A stretch of DNA of 64,000 nt from Eubacteriales bacterium (GTDB taxonomy: Bacteria; Bacillota; Clostridia; Oscillospirales; CAG-272), in contig JBGVHJ010000130.1 in NCBI GenBank assembly GCA_045122255.1, forward strand, positions 2,208-66,207, in the 5' to 3' direction. Both the position numbers and the translations under genes were made by a program. This document shows positions 62,454-64,000 of the stretch, piece after piece. Within the stretch, counting starts at the first letter, position 1, and each line of letters opens with the position of its first letter. Under the pieces are notes generated by a model that saw only the letters and a program-made list of their open reading frames with translations, was not told the DNA's origin and made no database searches.

Positions 62454-64000
62454 ATCATCTACGGGACAAGGACTTTTTGGAGGCAAAAAGCAAAAGCATC
62501 AAAGCGCAGACTTCAAAATTGCCATAGCCGGCAACCCAAACGTAGGAAAAAGCACGATCTTCAACGCGCTTACGGGTATGAATCAGCACACCGGCAACTG
62601 GCCCGGAAAGACCGTGGGATATGCCGAAGGAGTTTTTTCCGTGGGAGAGGCTTGCGGTATTGCCGTCGACATCCCAGGCACTTATTCGCTGATAACACAC
62701 TCTCCGGAGGAAGAGGTGGCGCGAGAGATCATTCTTTCCAAAAGTATAGACGCGGTGATAGTGGTATGCGACGCCACCTGCCTCGAGAGGAATCTGATCT
62801 TAGCTCTACATATCATTGAGCTTGGCAAGCCTACCATGATCTGCGTAAATCTGCTTGACGAGGCAAAGCGCAAGGGCATATCCATAGATCTCCAAAAGCT
62901 CTCGGAGGAGCTTGGAGTTCCTGCAATAGGCGTTATCGCGCGAAGAAAAAGCGGAATCCGTGATTTGAAAAGCCGCTTATCCGACGTTTTGGATCAAAAA
63001 GAAAAATACATAAGACAAAATGTTCCTCAAAACCCGGGAAAAGACGCGCAGGCTTACGTAAAGGAAGCTGAAAGAATAGCATCGGTCGCATCCTTGCATA
63101 CAAAAAAAGACACCGATGACCGCGACCGCACCCTCGACCGTCTCTTCACGGGCAAAAAGACCGCGTTTCCCATAATGCTTGCAATGCTTCTGCTGGTCTT
63201 CTGGCTTACCATTGTGGGAGCAAACTATCCGTCGGAGCTACTCTCAAGAGCGCTGTTTTATCTTGGAGACCTTATCGGTGGCGCACTTTTATATATAGGC
63301 TGCCCCGCTTTTTTACACGGGCTTCTCATCGACGGACTTTACAAAACTCTTGCCTGGATAGTTTCGGTAATGCTTCCGCCTATGGCGATATTTTTCCCAC
63401 TTTTCACCCTTCTTGAGGATTCGGGATACCTACCGAGGGTAGCATTCAATCTTGATGCGCCCTTTAAAAGGTGCAAAAGCTGCGGAAAGCAGGCGCTCAC
63501 TATGTGCATGGGCTTCGGATGCAACGCGGCAGGGGTAGTGGGATGCAGAATAATCGACTCGCCGCGAGAGCAGCTTATCGCCATGATAACCAATTCATTC
63601 GTGCCCTGCAACGGCAGGTTTCCCCTGCTTATAGCGCTGATATCGATGTTTTTCGTGGGAAGTAGCGGCGGATTGGGGGCAGGATTGGCATCTGCGGTCT
63701 TTCTCTGCGCGCTGATAACATTAAGTATTGTCATAACGCTCATTACCTCAAAAATACTGTCCGCGACTGTGCTTAAAGGTGCTCCGTCGGCATTCACTCT
63801 TGAATTGCCGCCCTACAGAGCACCCGAGGTCGGCAAGGTCATCGTCCGCTCTATCCTTGACAGAACGGTTTTCGTGCTGGGCAGAGCCGTAATATCCGCT
63901 ATACCTGCAGGGATAATTCTGTGGCTGATGGCTAACCTGCATATCGGAGACTCCACATGGCTTTCGATCTGCTCGGGCTTTCTTGACCCCTTTGCCCGAA
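62440..64000 (+). CDS. feoB: ferrous iron transporter FeoB; continues past the right window edge
   Basis: It is absent from the ORF track because there is no stop inside the window. My translation from ATG 62440 gives ..FKIAIAGNPNVGKSTIFNALTG..NWPGKTV..DIPGTYSL.. (G domain) and later GYLPRVAFNLDAPFKR..GFGCNAAGV..FVPCNGRF (membrane gate motifs). It overlaps the feoA stop by 14 nt. Confidence 0.9.
   Translation, partial: MGLTKSSTGQGLFGGKKQKHQSADFKIAIAGNPNVGKSTIFNALTGMNQHTGNWPGKTVGYAEGVFSVGEACGIAVDIPGTYSLITHSPEEEVAREIILSKSIDAVIVVCDATCLERNLILALHIIELGKPTMICVNLLDEAKRKGISIDLQKLSEELGVPAIGVIARRKSGIRDLKSRLSDVLDQKEKYIRQNVPQNPGKDAQAYVKEAERIASVASLHTKKDTDDRDRTLDRLFTGKKTAFPIMLAMLLLVFWLTIVGANYPSELLSRALFYLGDLIGGALLYIGCPAFLHGLLIDGLYKTLAWIVSVMLPPMAIFFPLFTLLEDSGYLPRVAFNLDAPFKRCKSCGKQALTMCMGFGCNAAGVVGCRIIDSPREQLIAMITNSFVPCNGRFPLLIALISMFFVGSSGGLGAGLASAVFLCALITLSIVITLITSKILSATVLKGAPSAFTLELPPYRAPEVGKVIVRSILDRTVFVLGRAVISAIPAGIILWLMANLHIGDSTWLSICSGFLDPFAR

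Overview
This is a 64-kb chromosomal window from what looks like a Firmicutes/Clostridia-type genome. That placement is an inference from GGAGG-type RBSs, many lipobox lipoproteins, SipW-type signal peptides and the gene content. I saw no rRNA gene, canonical tRNA gene, CRISPR array or transposase. Both window edges cut genes that are missing from the ORF track: rtcB on the minus strand at the left edge and feoB on the plus strand at the right edge. Most long ORFs listed on the opposite strand of the real genes are antisense shadows.

Four regions are worth a second look:

- **Region 1..5032, RNA repair-like module.** Two translationally coupled WYL-domain regulators are followed by a roughly 640-bp non-coding, highly structured leader, then a slipin (SPFH) gene and rtcB. 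The leader contains a tRNA-Asp(GUC)-like anticodon-arm/T-arm fragment and two UUCG-capped hairpins.
- **Region 10070..16946, candidate phase-variation switch.** A tyrosine recombinase gene sits next to a 228-bp segment bounded by perfect 25-bp inverted repeats. The segment carries a near-consensus promoter that currently points into an operon of two TasA/camelysin-like secreted proteins with SipW-type signal peptides. One of these is a 1347-aa protein ending in a SASA/GQSN acetylesterase domain.
- **Region 17153..40003, apparent extracellular nucleic-acid capture, degradation and import locus.** Its extracellular part holds three different surface or secreted nucleases (endonuclease I-type, SNase-type, barnase-type) and two large OB-fold-rich lipoproteins. 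Embedded among them is a sugar-type (CUT1/MalFGK-like) ABC importer whose MalF-like permease has a roughly 400-aa extracytoplasmic insertion. The cytoplasmic part is surE, two nrnA-like DHH genes, an HD (dGTPase-like) gene and tdk.
- **Smaller oddities.** There is a diverged duplicate of the def 5' end flanking an inserted hypothetical gene, an orphan promoter-terminator pair (sRNA candidate), and a PqqD/S24-like/HprK-like trio with no visible precursor.

The rest of the window is ordinary. It includes an amino-sugar catabolic operon with AraC regulators, a GT8/acyltransferase trio, pepF, asnA, an rsmF-like gene, a HAD phosphatase and feoAB.

All functional calls rest on motif recognition by eye. 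No database search was possible.
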